A stretch of DNA of 64,000 nt, taken from the NCBI GenBank assembly GCA_965612795.1, contig CBFDTI010000001.1:5116-69115 (forward strand). The letters run 5' to 3'. The notes under the pieces were generated by a model that was not told the DNA's origin, searched no databases, and was given only the letters and a program-made list of their open reading frames with translations. This document shows positions 47,755 to 58,258 of this stretch, one piece after another. Both the position numbers and the translations under genes were made by a program. Source of the stretch: an uncultured bacterium. GTDB lineage: Bacteria; Hydrothermota; UBA3073; NMUJ01. How positions within the stretch are numbered: position 1 is the first letter of the stretch; the number at the start of each line of letters is the position of its first letter.

Positions 47755-49060
47755 AACGGGTATAATCTTCTTGAAAATATAGTTGTGTTATACCCACAGG
47801 ACCATTACGATTTTTACCAATAATTACTTGGAAAATATTTTGTTCAGTTTCGGTCTCCGGTTTGTGTAAAAATATCACAATATCTGCATCCTGCTCTATA
47901 GCACCAGATTCACGTAAATCCGATAATTTTGGTGGCCTCTTCTCCCTCGCAGCAGCCCTCGATAGCTGCGATACTGCAATAACCGGTAAGTCTAACTCTT
48001 TGGCTAAATCTTTCAACGATCTGGATATAAAGCTTATCTCCTGCTGACGATTCTCCATTCTACGGTGTGACGTAATAAGCTGTAGATAATCGACTATTAT
48101 GAGCTTGACATCTTCTCGTGATTTAAGTCTCCGTGCCTTTGCACGTAATTCCAGTATAGATATTGCCGGTGTATCATCAATAAAGATAGGAGATTCGGAG
48201 AGATTACCCGACGCAGTGTATAATCGGGAGAGATCCTCTTGTGTTATATTACCGGTCCGTACTTTATGGATACCCACCTGTGCATGCATACACAGTAGAC
48301 GTTGTACAACATGCTCTTTTGACATTTCTAAACTAAAAAACGCAACCGGCACAGGTGGATCCGAACGTACCGCGAGATGTTCTATAATATTAAGTGCAAA
48401 TGCTGTTTTACCCATACCAGGGCGCGCTGCTAGGACAATAAATTCACTGTTATGAAAACCTGCAGTATATTTATCAAGATCATTGAACCCAGAAGGTATA
48501 CCAGTGATGAACCTTCGTTCCCTATAAGCCTTTTCTATCATCTCGAACACATCCGTAAGCACCGCACGTACAGGTATAAACCCCCTCTTTATTCTCTTCT
48601 CTTTAATAGAGAATATGAGTCTCTCCGCCTCATCCAACGTCTCATCCACGTCCTCCGGCATAGCATACGCTGCCTCGATGATCTTTTTACCAGCTCGTAT
48701 CATCTCACGCAAAACAGCCTTGTCTGCAACTATGCGCGCATAATGCTCGATATTTGCCAGAGAGGCGACGCTTTCTAACAAATTGGCTAAGAACTCTTTT
48801 CCGCCAATTTCTTCTAACATTCCTTTGTCTTTCAGTTTTTCGGCCAATGTCACAACATCAACAACTTCGTTTGATTCATACATTTCGACTATTGTTTCAA
48901 AGATTTGGCGATGCGATTTGAGGTAGAATGTGTTAGGTGTAAGCATAGTTATGACCTTCTCTATAGCATCTTTACTCATTATCATAGCACCCAGCAGGCT
49001 ACGTTCTGCGTCTACTGAGTGTGGTTCGTATGCCTCAATTTGTTCTTTCTTCTCTTTCAT
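47720..49060 (-). CDS. dnaB: Replicative DNA helicase DnaB
   Basis: N-terminal DnaB domain, Walker A ARPGMGKTAFALN, RecA-fold motifs. Confidence 0.9.
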   Translation of the reverse strand: MKEKKEQIEAYEPHSVDAERSLLGAMIMSKDAIEKVITMLTPNTFYLKSHRQIFETIVEMYESNEVVDVVTLAEKLKDKGMLEEIGGKEFLANLLESVASLANIEHYARIVADKAVLREMIRAGKKIIEAAYAMPEDVDETLDEAERLIFSIKEKRIKRGFIPVRAVLTDVFEMIEKAYRERRFITGIPSGFNDLDKYTAGFHNSEFIVLAARPGMGKTAFALNIIEHLAVRSDPPVPVAFFSLEMSKEHVVQRLLCMHAQVGIHKVRTGNITQEDLSRLYTASGNLSESPIFIDDTPAISILELRAKARRLKSREDVKLIIVDYLQLITSHRRMENRQQEISFISRSLKDLAKELDLPVIAVSQLSRAAAREKRPPKLSDLRESGAIEQDADIVIFLHKPETETEQNIFQVIIGKNRNGPVGITQLYFQEDYTRFVELERQYEGT

Positions 49061-49724
49061 CGTAAAGTCTCCTTAGTAATTTAAGATGTTCCCAGGCCTC
49101 TTTTTTCCAACCTCCGTGTCTAAGCAGTGCTGCTGGGTGAAATGTTGGTAACACTTTAATTCCCTTCCAGTCGCATATTTTACCTCGTAGTCTACTGAAT
49201 TCATACCTACTTTTCTCCAATATTACCGATGTAGCAAATTTACCCAATGTCAATATTATGCTGGGCTTTATAATTTCGATCTGACGTATTAGATAATCTT
49301 TACATGCTCTTATCTCTTCCGGTAGAGGATCTCGGTTCCCTGGTGGCCTGCATTTCAATACATTCGCTATATAGACGTCCTCCCTACTAAATCCAATAGC
49401 TTCTAACATCTTATCCAGCAGTTTACCTGCTTCACCCACGAACGGTCTGCCTTGCAGATCTTCTTCCCTACCTGGTGCCTCACCTACCAACATGATGACA
49501 CAATTTGGATTACCTTCCCCAAACACCACCTTGTTCCTGGTCTTGTGTAATCCACACTTTTTGCACTCCAAAACCTTCCTCTTAAGTTCATCCAAAACTT
49601 TAACCTTACCCTCTTTTATCGCCTTACCTGTTACCCTTATTACACTATTTTCAAGCCAATAGATACCCCTACCCAACAACTCTTCACTCTTAAAGTATTG
49701 CTTTAATTTATCAATTTTCATCAA
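49035..49724 (-). CDS. Uracil-DNA glycosylase, family 4
   Basis: [21 protein letters not shown] motif and Cys cluster. Confidence 0.85.
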   Translation of the reverse strand: MMKIDKLKQYFKSEELLGRGIYWLENSVIRVTGKAIKEGKVKVLDELKRKVLECKKCGLHKTRNKVVFGEGNPNCVIMLVGEAPGREEDLQGRPFVGEAGKLLDKMLEAIGFSREDVYIANVLKCRPPGNRDPLPEEIRACKDYLIRQIEIIKPSIILTLGKFATSVILEKSRYEFSRLRGKICDWKGIKVLPTFHPAALLRHGGWKKEAWEHLKLLRRLYDEREERTN

Positions 49725-50346
49725 AAATAAAAAAATTTTCTACCTTATCTACAATTATTTTGCTCAATTTTCTTTTCGATACCCTACCGATATCCCAAAT
49801 TTTAAGCTCTCTATCCACAATTATTGCCTCAATATTATCGCTACCAAATGTCGTTGGTTTATTAACAACTATCATATCGAGTCCTTTTTTCCTCAGCTTC
49901 TCTACCCCATTCCATACCATAAATTCTGTCTCCAATGCGAATCCGACTAGGGTCTTACCTGGGTATCGTTTTCTTGTGATTTCCAGCACATCTGGTGTGG
50001 GTTCGAACTTAGGCTCAAATTTTACATCTTTTTTAAGCTTCTTGTTGTATCTCTTGACCGGCTTAAAATCTGTGGGTGCTGCACACATTATTAATGCCGC
50101 CCCCCTCTTTAAGTTTTCGACGACTGCATTGAGCATCTCTTCTGTTGACTCCACTCGCACAAATTCTACTCCTACCGGTTTTTCCAACCCTGTGGGTCCA
50201 GACACCAGTATAACATGTCCTCCCCTATCTCTAATCTCTTCCGCTATAGCGTATCCCATTTTACCCGAAGCTGGGTTTGAGATAAATCTCACCGCATCTA
50301 TATACTCTCTAGTAGGTCCCGCTGTCACCACTATAGTTCTACCCAC
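49711..50346 (-). CDS. coaB: Phosphopantothenate--cysteine ligase (CoaB domain), encoded separately from CoaC
   Basis: VVTAGPTREYIDAVRFISNPASGKMGYAIAEE; GTG start at 50346 immediately after an A9 run. Confidence 0.8.
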   Translation of the reverse strand: MGRTIVVTAGPTREYIDAVRFISNPASGKMGYAIAEEIRDRGGHVILVSGPTGLEKPVGVEFVRVESTEEMLNAVVENLKRGAALIMCAAPTDFKPVKRYNKKLKKDVKFEPKFEPTPDVLEITRKRYPGKTLVGFALETEFMVWNGVEKLRKKGLDMIVVNKPTTFGSDNIEAIIVDRELKIWDIGRVSKRKLSKIIVDKVENFFIFDEN

Positions 50347-50900
50347 TAAACTTTTTTTTTATCCAGAATTTCTTCCACAAATTTCACTATCTTCTCGGGG
50401 TTACGCATCCTACCCTTACCGATCTTACCGGACGCCAGCTCACCCTCCTCCGGCTCTATTATCTTATATCCCATAACTTCCGACAACTTTCTGATATTTT
50501 CCTGCAACACTTTATTTTCCCATAACCTTTCTTCCATGGCAGGTGCCAACACCACCGGTGCCCTTGTTGTTGCAACTGTTGCCAACAACACATTATCTGC
50601 AATACCAGCCGCTACTTTGTTAATAAAATCGTAACTAGCGGGTGCCACTAACACCAAGTCAGCATCTGCCAACTCCACATGTACTGGTACAGTTTGTGAT
50701 ATAAAAAACTCGCTATAAACCTTATTCTGGCTCAACACCTCCGCTGCAAGTGGCGAAACAAACTGTTTAGCATCCGGTGTCAACACAACCTTCACCTCGT
50801 ATCCTTCTTTCCTGAGCAACCTCACAATTTCCAACCCTTTATATGCAGCAATACTCGCAGTAATACCGAGTATCACCTCTCCTTTTCTTCCTCTTTCCAT
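50346..50900 (-). CDS. coaC: Phosphopantothenoylcysteine decarboxylase (CoaC flavoprotein domain)
   Basis: ILGITASIAAYKGLEIVRLLRKEGYEVKVVLTPDAKQFV flavoprotein motif; ends ...LDKKKV* in the A9 run. Confidence 0.8.
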   Translation of the reverse strand: MERGRKGEVILGITASIAAYKGLEIVRLLRKEGYEVKVVLTPDAKQFVSPLAAEVLSQNKVYSEFFISQTVPVHVELADADLVLVAPASYDFINKVAAGIADNVLLATVATTRAPVVLAPAMEERLWENKVLQENIRKLSEVMGYKIIEPEEGELASGKIGKGRMRNPEKIVKFVEEILDKKKV

Positions 50901-51103
50901 ACCACCTTCTTCTCTATGAGCCTCCTTAAGCTTTCCAGGCTAAAGTTTCGCAACTCACCCCCCATTATCTCGCCACCTAACATCTTAAAATCACGAAATA
51001 TCCTATGCGCCTCTTTAGCCGCTATCACTATCGCCTTATATTTGTTATCCACAACCTTCTCCAAATCCTCAACTGCTACAAATGGTCTCTTTTTTTCTGC
51101 CAT
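50873..51103 (-). CDS. rpoZ: DNA-directed RNA polymerase omega subunit
   Basis: VAVEDLEKVVDNKYKAIVIAAKEAHRI resembles the RpoZ core; conserved position upstream of coaBC. Confidence 0.6.
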   Translation of the reverse strand: MAEKKRPFVAVEDLEKVVDNKYKAIVIAAKEAHRIFRDFKMLGGEIMGGELRNFSLESLRRLIEKKVVWKEEEKER

Positions 51104-51119
51104 TTTTATCCTGTTAAGT

Positions 51120-52205
51120 CTAACTTCCTCTATAAAAGGGTAGTTTCACTATCTCCGCATTTACTCGTTTCCCTCTTATATCCACCTCCACTTTGGTTCC
51201 CACCCCATACGTTATATTGACGTATCCCATACCAATCCCGCATCCCAGTGTAGGCGAATATCCCCCACTCGTAATGTATCCTATCTCCTCATCCCCGAAA
51301 TATAAGAGCTGACCCTTCCTCGGTACGGCCTTAGCTTCTCTCACTATTATCCCTACTCTATGTCTTGTCATCTTCTCCTTCTTCAACCTCAAACTTTCCT
51401 TACCTATAAATTCACCTTTGTTGAGTTTCACAACCCATCCTAACTTTGCTTCCCAAGGTGTAGTGGTCTCATCAATATCATTCCCATACAGTGGTAACCC
51501 AGCTTCTAACCTCAACATATCCCGTGCAATCAACCCACATACTGCCATATTGTACTTTTTACCCCTTTCTATCAACCTATCCCATACCTTCACACTATCT
51601 TCCGATGATATGTAAATCTCCACCCCATCCTCTCCGGTATACCCTGTACGAGATACCATCACCCTCACATTGTCAATCTTACTTCTCGTCATTTCGAATC
51701 TACGAATCTGTGACACCTTCCCTTCCGTAAGCTCGTCCACCATTTCTATCGCTTTTGGCCCCTGTACCGCTATAAGTACCGTTCTATCACTTATATCCTC
51801 CACCTGTACCTTAAATTTTCTGCTATTCTCCCTCACCCATTCATAATCTTTACTTATGTTTGCAGCATTGACCACCAACATAAACTCATCCCCTTCCAAC
51901 CTGTATACGATTAGATCGTCTACAATACCACCTTCCGTATTACACATCATCGAATACTGTGCTGAAAATGGTTTCAGTTTACCCACGTCATTTACTGTGA
52001 TATAGTTAACGAACTCAAACGCCCCCTTCCCTCTTATACTGAACTCACCCATGTGGGAAACATCAAACATTCCCACTTTCTCCCTAACTGATCGTACCTC
52101 TTCTATCACCCCACGATAATACATAGGCATGTAGAAGCCCGCAAACTCACCCATCTTCGCACCCAGCTCCACGTGCCTCTCATGGAGAGGCAACTGCTTC
52201 AGCAT
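51120..52205 (-). CDS. gcvT: Glycine cleavage system T protein (aminomethyltransferase)
   Basis: N-terminal ...LHERHVELGAKMGEFAGFYMPMYY...GMFDVSHMG GcvT signature. Confidence 0.9.
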   Translation of the reverse strand: MLKQLPLHERHVELGAKMGEFAGFYMPMYYRGVIEEVRSVREKVGMFDVSHMGEFSIRGKGAFEFVNYITVNDVGKLKPFSAQYSMMCNTEGGIVDDLIVYRLEGDEFMLVVNAANISKDYEWVRENSRKFKVQVEDISDRTVLIAVQGPKAIEMVDELTEGKVSQIRRFEMTRSKIDNVRVMVSRTGYTGEDGVEIYISSEDSVKVWDRLIERGKKYNMAVCGLIARDMLRLEAGLPLYGNDIDETTTPWEAKLGWVVKLNKGEFIGKESLRLKKEKMTRHRVGIIVREAKAVPRKGQLLYFGDEEIGYITSGGYSPTLGCGIGMGYVNITYGVGTKVEVDIRGKRVNAEIVKLPFYRGS

Positions 52206-53305
52206 TACTCTTCTGGTACGAATCTATCTTTGAGCTTCTCCATAACCTGCGGCAACGTTGTATACTCCATTTCGGCAAGCCCTAACCTATGTGGTTCAAA
52301 CGGTCCATGTGCCCTCATATAGTTTGCGATAACGTTCGCCATACCGCGTGCCTCATCGAAACTCGGGTCATCAAACATATCACGTGGCCCCACAAGCATC
52401 CCATCCTGCGTTATCTGTAAACCTGCTGCTATAACTCGTGGCGGGCCATCAAACCTTGATGGATTGGCTTGCTCAAATCCCACAGGCATAAGCGGTCCAT
52501 GATGAGACCCTCTCATCCATCCTGCCACCAGGTGTGGATTCGTAAACGGCTCCAACACCTCACCCACTGCTGGGAAGCCACTCTGTGTCCTCACTATAAG
52601 TACCGGATCATCTTTCCCCACATATCTACCAGCCATCATCGATAGCTTCTGAGTCGATGACACAGCTGCTATCTCGCCATCCTTTCTGAAGACTCGCTTA
52701 ATTATGTAATGCTCCATTGCCCCTATTAAAACAAGCATATCATATATCTCTTCAGGTGTATCAAACACTATTTTCTTGTGCTCATACACATCCAAGACTT
52801 CAAACTTAAACCCATTATGAAGTTTAGGATCTATCACCAATCCTGCCGTGTTGAACGGATCTGCAAAAATCTTATATAGGATGAAATTCCATGCCCCCGG
52901 TGATGTTTTATCCGCCATGAAAACAATCACAGGTTCGCTGGGTCTCACCTCAATTTCCATCTCCGCCACACCCGGTCCCATACCTTTCACATTGCCTGAG
53001 AATGCTTCACTAAGTATATCCTGGCCTGCTCCGTATAAGCCCATCTTCTTCGCAATCTCCGTACATGCGGTAAATATATCCCACGCTGTTTTGTGGATAT
53101 CCGGGTTATCTTCACCCTTCGTATGTGTCATTATGAGTTCCAGATCATCTCCACAATGCAATACCCTATAATCTTTGATGATTCCTCTCTCTTTTGCCTT
53201 ACCTAATTCCTCCTTCGCCTCATCCATGAGTGCTGGATGCATAGAAGAGTGGCCAACATATCCACCGATATCCGCTTTTATCACTGATAATGTAACCTTA
53301 CCCAT
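52205..53305 (-). CDS. fbp: Fructose-1,6-bisphosphate aldolase/phosphatase (class V FBPase, archaeal-type)
   Basis: N-terminus MGKVTLSVIKADIGGYVGHSSMHP and length match the bifunctional FBPA/P family. Confidence 0.8.
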   Translation of the reverse strand: MGKVTLSVIKADIGGYVGHSSMHPALMDEAKEELGKAKERGIIKDYRVLHCGDDLELIMTHTKGEDNPDIHKTAWDIFTACTEIAKKMGLYGAGQDILSEAFSGNVKGMGPGVAEMEIEVRPSEPVIVFMADKTSPGAWNFILYKIFADPFNTAGLVIDPKLHNGFKFEVLDVYEHKKIVFDTPEEIYDMLVLIGAMEHYIIKRVFRKDGEIAAVSSTQKLSMMAGRYVGKDDPVLIVRTQSGFPAVGEVLEPFTNPHLVAGWMRGSHHGPLMPVGFEQANPSRFDGPPRVIAAGLQITQDGMLVGPRDMFDDPSFDEARGMANVIANYMRAHGPFEPHRLGLAEMEYTTLPQVMEKLKDRFVPEE

Positions 53306-53316
53306 TTTTTCCTCCT

Positions 53317-53610
53317 TTATTTAATCTCTGACACCATACTTATGGCGTCAAACGGGCACTCCACTGCACATATGCCACATCCCTTGCAATACTCATAATC
53401 TATCACAAAACGCTCATTTTCTATCACAATAGCAGGTTCGGGACAGTACTTCCAACATATTCCACAGTTTTTACATTTTCCATAGTCGATCACGGGTCGC
53501 ATCTGACGCCATGTCCCAGTTTTGTTAACTCGCATACTACTTAATGATACAGCCAACGGTGGCATATCTTCAACACCTGCCCATTCTATCTTCTTAGCTT
53601 CCTTTTTCAT
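53317..53610 (-). CDS. 2-oxoacid:ferredoxin oxidoreductase delta subunit (2x[4Fe-4S] ferredoxin)
   Basis: CKNCGICWKYCP and CKGCGICAVECP motifs. Confidence 0.75.
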   Translation of the reverse strand: MKKEAKKIEWAGVEDMPPLAVSLSSMRVNKTGTWRQMRPVIDYGKCKNCGICWKYCPEPAIVIENERFVIDYEYCKGCGICAVECPFDAISMVSEIK

Positions 53611-54167
53611 CTTAACCTCTTCTTCATAATTTCATAAGCCTCTTCAGCTGCTTTCACATTTTCCTCTTTTTTGACGGGTGCAAGCTTATAGACTGCCTTA
53701 AGTATTGCCTCTTTCGACACTATACCCGACCACGCAGCGAATGCACCCACCATTGGTGTATTCACAATAGGTGCAGTTTTTGACCCCAACCCATACTTAA
53801 CGGCTATACTTGTAGCGTCAATAGTTGCTATACTGTAGTTCACGTTTAGATTAAGTTCATCCGGTTCCCGTGGTGTATTGATAAGCACCTTACCACCATC
53901 TTTTAACCCTTCAAACACATTAACGCCACCTCCAATAAGTGTAGGATCAAGTACCACCACCATATCTGGGTGATATATTTTGCATCTTAAAAATATCTTA
54001 CAGTCGTTCACCCTCAAAAACGTAGCCACCGGTCTACCTCTTCTTTCAACCCCATACTCCGGAAACGCCTGTGCAAACTTACCTTCGCTCACCAATGCAT
54101 CCGCAAGTATCTTAGACGCTACCACTGTACCCTGACCACCCCTACCGTGCATCCTTATTTCTATCAT
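53607..54167 (-). CDS. 2-oxoacid:ferredoxin oxidoreductase gamma subunit
   Basis: MIEIRMHGRGGQGTVVASKILA gamma-subunit signature. Confidence 0.8.
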   Translation of the reverse strand: MIEIRMHGRGGQGTVVASKILADALVSEGKFAQAFPEYGVERRGRPVATFLRVNDCKIFLRCKIYHPDMVVVLDPTLIGGGVNVFEGLKDGGKVLINTPREPDELNLNVNYSIATIDATSIAVKYGLGSKTAPIVNTPMVGAFAAWSGIVSKEAILKAVYKLAPVKKEENVKAAEEAYEIMKKRLR

Positions 54168-55300
54168 TTCGCCCTCTCCGCTAGTTCTATCGCCTTCATT
54201 GCACCCTCTTTCATAGATCGTACCGTGATAAGGTTTGCACTTTCGAGTATTTTCAATGCCTCATCCTCATTCGTCCCGGTCAACCTAACCACAATAGGCA
54301 CATCCACACGCATCTTACCTAGTGTTTCCACTATCCCTTTTGCTACGTCATCGCATCGTGTTATTCCGCCAAAGATGTTAAACCATATCGCCTTAACATT
54401 TCTATCCTCGAGTAACAATTCCATAGCCTTCATCACCTTCTCAGGGCTCGAACTTCCACCAATATCCAAGAAATTAGCAGGTTTCCCCCCATATCGCTTT
54501 ATTATATCCATAGTAGCCATAGCGAGCCCAGCCCCATTCACCACACACCCTATGTTGCCGTTCAATTTTATATAGCTCAGTCCATACTTTTTGGCTTCCC
54601 ATTCCTTGACCTCATCTTCCTCTGGCTCACGCATAAGTTCCTGCCTCCTATACAGCCCATTGTCGTCAATTATAACTTTAGCATCACACGCATATATTTT
54701 ACCCGTTGTATCAACTGCTAATGGGTTGATTTCCACAAGCGTAGCATCGTTCTCCTTGAATGCCCTGAATAAGTTCAAATATATCCTTGTGGCTTGCTTT
54801 CTAAGTTCAGCTTCCTCAAATACCTTAAACGCCAGCTGCCTTGCCTGATATGGCATGAATTCGAACAGCCCCATATCGATTGTCGTCCTATATATCTTGT
54901 CAGGTTTTTCTCTCGCTATCTCTTCGATATCTACACCACCTTCATCACTCGCCATAACTGTTATACTTTGACGTGCACGGTCCAACACCACCCCTATATA
55001 AGTCTCCTTTGCTATGTCGATTGCTCTTGCCACCAGTATCTTTTTGACTGTTATACCCTTGATCGACATCCCCAGTATAGCGTCAGCTTTCTCCCTAACT
55101 TCATCTATCGAATACGCAAGCTTCACCCCACCCGCCTTACCTCTACCACCTACTAACACCTGTGCTTTGATCACTACGGGTAACCCCACCTCTTTCGCTA
55201 TCTCTACTGCTTCCTCTTTGGAAGTCACCACTTTACCTTCACCGAACGGTATCCCATATTTTTTTAGTAACTCTCTACTCAAATATTCCGGTAGTTTCAT
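54164..55300 (-). CDS. sucC: Succinyl-CoA synthetase beta subunit (ADP/GDP-forming)
   Basis: ATP-grasp N-domain KAQVLVGGRGKAGGVKL and C-terminal GGKPANFLDIGG. Confidence 0.85.
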   Translation of the reverse strand: MKLPEYLSRELLKKYGIPFGEGKVVTSKEEAVEIAKEVGLPVVIKAQVLVGGRGKAGGVKLAYSIDEVREKADAILGMSIKGITVKKILVARAIDIAKETYIGVVLDRARQSITVMASDEGGVDIEEIAREKPDKIYRTTIDMGLFEFMPYQARQLAFKVFEEAELRKQATRIYLNLFRAFKENDATLVEINPLAVDTTGKIYACDAKVIIDDNGLYRRQELMREPEEDEVKEWEAKKYGLSYIKLNGNIGCVVNGAGLAMATMDIIKRYGGKPANFLDIGGSSSPEKVMKAMELLLEDRNVKAIWFNIFGGITRCDDVAKGIVETLGKMRVDVPIVVRLTGTNEDEALKILESANLITVRSMKEGAMKAIELAERAK

Positions 55301-55317
55301 TTCTCATTAAAATACGT

Positions 55318-55743
55318 TTAACTTACGCCTGTCAACGGAACTACTTTCATCTCAATCACACGTTCGGCCTCACCAACTATCTTCAGAAATATATCGATTC
55401 GTCCACCTGGCAAATATTCAGCCACCCTATCCGCCCATTCTATAACCACCACACCCGGTACTCTTAGGTAATCCCACAACAGTGGGAAATCTACTTCTCC
55501 TCTATATAGATCTACGTGGAACACTTTAAACCTACATTCGTATTCTACCACCCATATGAATGATGGGCTCTTAACCTCTACATCTGGACAGCCCGCACCT
55601 TTAATTATACCCCTTGCAAGCACAGTTTTACCTGATCCCAATTCCCCATACAGTGCTATGAGTTCGTCCCCTCTAAGTTTAAGTCCTACCTTCCTACCAA
55701 ACTCCTCTGTCTCCTCTGGACTATGGGTTACGATCTTCATCAA
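55318..55743 (-). CDS. tsaE: tRNA threonylcarbamoyladenosine biosynthesis protein TsaE
   Basis: P-loop GELGSGKT and SPSF motif. Confidence 0.85.
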   Translation of the reverse strand: MMKIVTHSPEETEEFGRKVGLKLRGDELIALYGELGSGKTVLARGIIKGAGCPDVEVKSPSFIWVVEYECRFKVFHVDLYRGEVDFPLLWDYLRVPGVVVIEWADRVAEYLPGGRIDIFLKIVGEAERVIEMKVVPLTGVS

Positions 55744-56810
55744 TCATATTCGTGTGCGTCGATCTCACCCCGCAACACCCTCAGTACACCAGAAGCGAGT
55801 GCTTCCATTTCACGTTCACCAGGGTATACTTTAACTGGTGCGAGAAAGCCCACCCTTTCCCTGATTAAGTCAACAAAATCCTGTTCATTTGCTAACCCTC
55901 CCGTAAGTATTATAGCGTCTATTTTACCTTTCAAAACGGCTGCACCCGCCGCTATCTCCTTAGCTATCTGATACGCCATAGCTTCGTAGATAAGTTTCGC
56001 TTCATTATCACCAGCTTCTATTCTGCGTTTCACTTCTCTCAAATCATTTGTACCAAGGTATGCAACCATCCCCCCCTGCCCTACTATTCTCTTCCAAAGC
56101 TGTTCCCTGGTGTACTTGCCGGATAGAACAAGTTCGATCAACTGCCACACGGGTAGTGTACCCGTCCTTTCAGGCGTAAATGGTCCCTCACCGTTCAGTG
56201 CATTATTAACATCCACAACCCTACCATCTTTGTGTATACCTACTGATATTCCACCTCCCATATGTGCCACTATGAATGCACACTCTTCGTAATGTTTACC
56301 CAGCTCCTCTGCCGCAATACGTGCAACGTATTTCTGGTTTAGTGCATGAAATATACTTTTACGCTCGATCTCGGGCAATCCTGACACCTTTGCGATAGGT
56401 TCCATTTCATCTACCACTACCGGATCTACAATATAGACGGGTATGTCATATGGTTGTCCTATCTCAACCCCTAAGATCGCACCCAGGTTAGATGCATGTG
56501 CACCATACTTCATGCTGCTGAGGTCATCCAACATCCGTCTGTTCACCCTGTATACGCCACTTGCGAGTGGCTTCAACAACCCACCCCTTGCTGCTATTGC
56601 CGAAAGTTCTGCCTCACGTAATCCATGCCGATGCATGCTCTCAATTATGATCTCCTTACGCATAGGTAATTGTTCGATAAGGTTCGAATATTTACGTAAC
56701 TCTTCGATGGGGTGATGTAACTTCTCTTCCCATACTTTACGTTCATCCTCAAAATACGCTATTTTCGTGGATACAGAACCCGGATTTATCACCAATATCC
56801 CAAATCCCAT
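55740..56810 (-). CDS. buk: Butyrate kinase (acetate/butyrate kinase family)
   Basis: ILVINPGSVSTK N-terminal signature; ~355 aa. Confidence 0.85.
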   Translation of the reverse strand: MGFGILVINPGSVSTKIAYFEDERKVWEEKLHHPIEELRKYSNLIEQLPMRKEIIIESMHRHGLREAELSAIAARGGLLKPLASGVYRVNRRMLDDLSSMKYGAHASNLGAILGVEIGQPYDIPVYIVDPVVVDEMEPIAKVSGLPEIERKSIFHALNQKYVARIAAEELGKHYEECAFIVAHMGGGISVGIHKDGRVVDVNNALNGEGPFTPERTGTLPVWQLIELVLSGKYTREQLWKRIVGQGGMVAYLGTNDLREVKRRIEAGDNEAKLIYEAMAYQIAKEIAAGAAVLKGKIDAIILTGGLANEQDFVDLIRERVGFLAPVKVYPGEREMEALASGVLRVLRGEIDAHEYD

Positions 56811-56819
56811 ATCATCTCC

Positions 56820-57317
56820 TTAAAACTTATACCCTATCTTACGTAGAAATTGCTTACGCTTAGCTATTTCCGTATCATCTTCCACACCTATTGGAGTAAA
56901 TCCATCCACCACACCTAGCACTCCCCTACCTTGTCCTGTCCTCACCACAATAACTTCGAGCGGGTTGGCGGTTGCTGCAAAAATATGGCATATCTCCGGT
57001 ACGCGCTTCAGGTGTGGCATTATATTTATTGGGTACGCATCTCTTATGATAAGCACAAAGGTATGACCTGCCCCTATCTTCCTGGCATTTTCCTTAGCAG
57101 CCTCTATCAATTCATCATCATTACCCGCATATCTTATAAGGCGTGCACCCGATGCTTCGTTAAATGCAAGCCCCCATTTTACACCAGGTACCGCGCCTAC
57201 GACTGCCTCACCGATGTCCTCCACACTTTTGATAAAATGTGTTTGCCCCACGATTATATTGGCATCTTTTGGTATGTTCAACTTCACAACTTCGAGTTCC
57301 ATCTTTTCCTCCTTCAT
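56820..57317 (-). CDS. Conserved hypothetical protein (possibly adenosine-specific-kinase-like family)
   Basis: 165-aa ORF in operon context; family guess from memory only. Confidence 0.4.
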   Translation of the reverse strand: MKEEKMELEVVKLNIPKDANIIVGQTHFIKSVEDIGEAVVGAVPGVKWGLAFNEASGARLIRYAGNDDELIEAAKENARKIGAGHTFVLIIRDAYPINIMPHLKRVPEICHIFAATANPLEVIVVRTGQGRGVLGVVDGFTPIGVEDDTEIAKRKQFLRKIGYKF

Positions 57318-57388
57318 CTATTTAATTTCTTATAGATATCGATACCGTCAACATTTACCAAACTCAACCTCACCTTATATTAATCACC

Positions 57389-58258
57389 ATGGCCATGGTG
57401 AAGATAAGGTTAGCATACCCTCATGATGCGGAACACATTACGCAGATACATCTGTCGGATGCACCTTCACAGGTTGTTGCAGCCACCGACCCATACACTC
57501 GTTGGTATCACGGGGGCCCTTGGATGCATCCACTTACTGCACGTAAGTATATCAAACGTGTCACCCATCGTGGTGGTAGAATCTTTCTTGCCGTTGATAA
57601 ATACCCCATAGGGGAAGCGGACGTATGGGAGAGCCATGAATGGCACACCCGTATATTACATATCTCATTGTTATGGGTACACTTAAAATATCGAAAGAGA
57701 GGAATTGGTAGCAGTTTGATGAATCACATAGTACAGTATGCAAGTCGAATAGGTGTAACTTACATAACTACCTGGCCAGAAGAGGCTGCACTAAGCTTTT
57801 ACGACAAATGGGGGTTCAGATTACATTTACCTCAAACCTATGTAAAACTGCATGCCAAGAACTGGCACCTAAATTACGAGAGGATACCCTTCACCCCACG
57901 TAAATTACCCACCACGTTCACCCTGTTGCTAGGTAAAACCCAATGTTCACGTGAGCATTGGGAAATAGTACCCTGGGAGGCAAAGTTGCTCAATCGCTAC
58001 AAAGCAACGCGTTTCTTCGCATTACGTGGAATCGTACATGGCCTTCCGTATTATCTCTACCTCATGAAATGGCCATGGGACGACTACTATAGGGCTTATC
58101 TTTGGGTGAAAGAGAAAGATCCAATCTTTATACCTTTCATCCAACAACTCGCGCATGATAATGGATGGCACTACATCACAACGGTGGTACCGAATGAGTT
58201 ACTACCCCGCAATAACTATATAAAAATAAAACCCATTAACCTGTGGTATAGGGGATAA
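57389..58258 (+). CDS. GNAT-family N-acetyltransferase
   Basis: [19 protein letters not shown] acetyl-CoA binding motif. Confidence 0.6.
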   Translation: MAMVKIRLAYPHDAEHITQIHLSDAPSQVVAATDPYTRWYHGGPWMHPLTARKYIKRVTHRGGRIFLAVDKYPIGEADVWESHEWHTRILHISLLWVHLKYRKRGIGSSLMNHIVQYASRIGVTYITTWPEEAALSFYDKWGFRLHLPQTYVKLHAKNWHLNYERIPFTPRKLPTTFTLLLGKTQCSREHWEIVPWEAKLLNRYKATRFFALRGIVHGLPYYLYLMKWPWDDYYRAYLWVKEKDPIFIPFIQQLAHDNGWHYITTVVPNELLPRNNYIKIKPINLWYRG

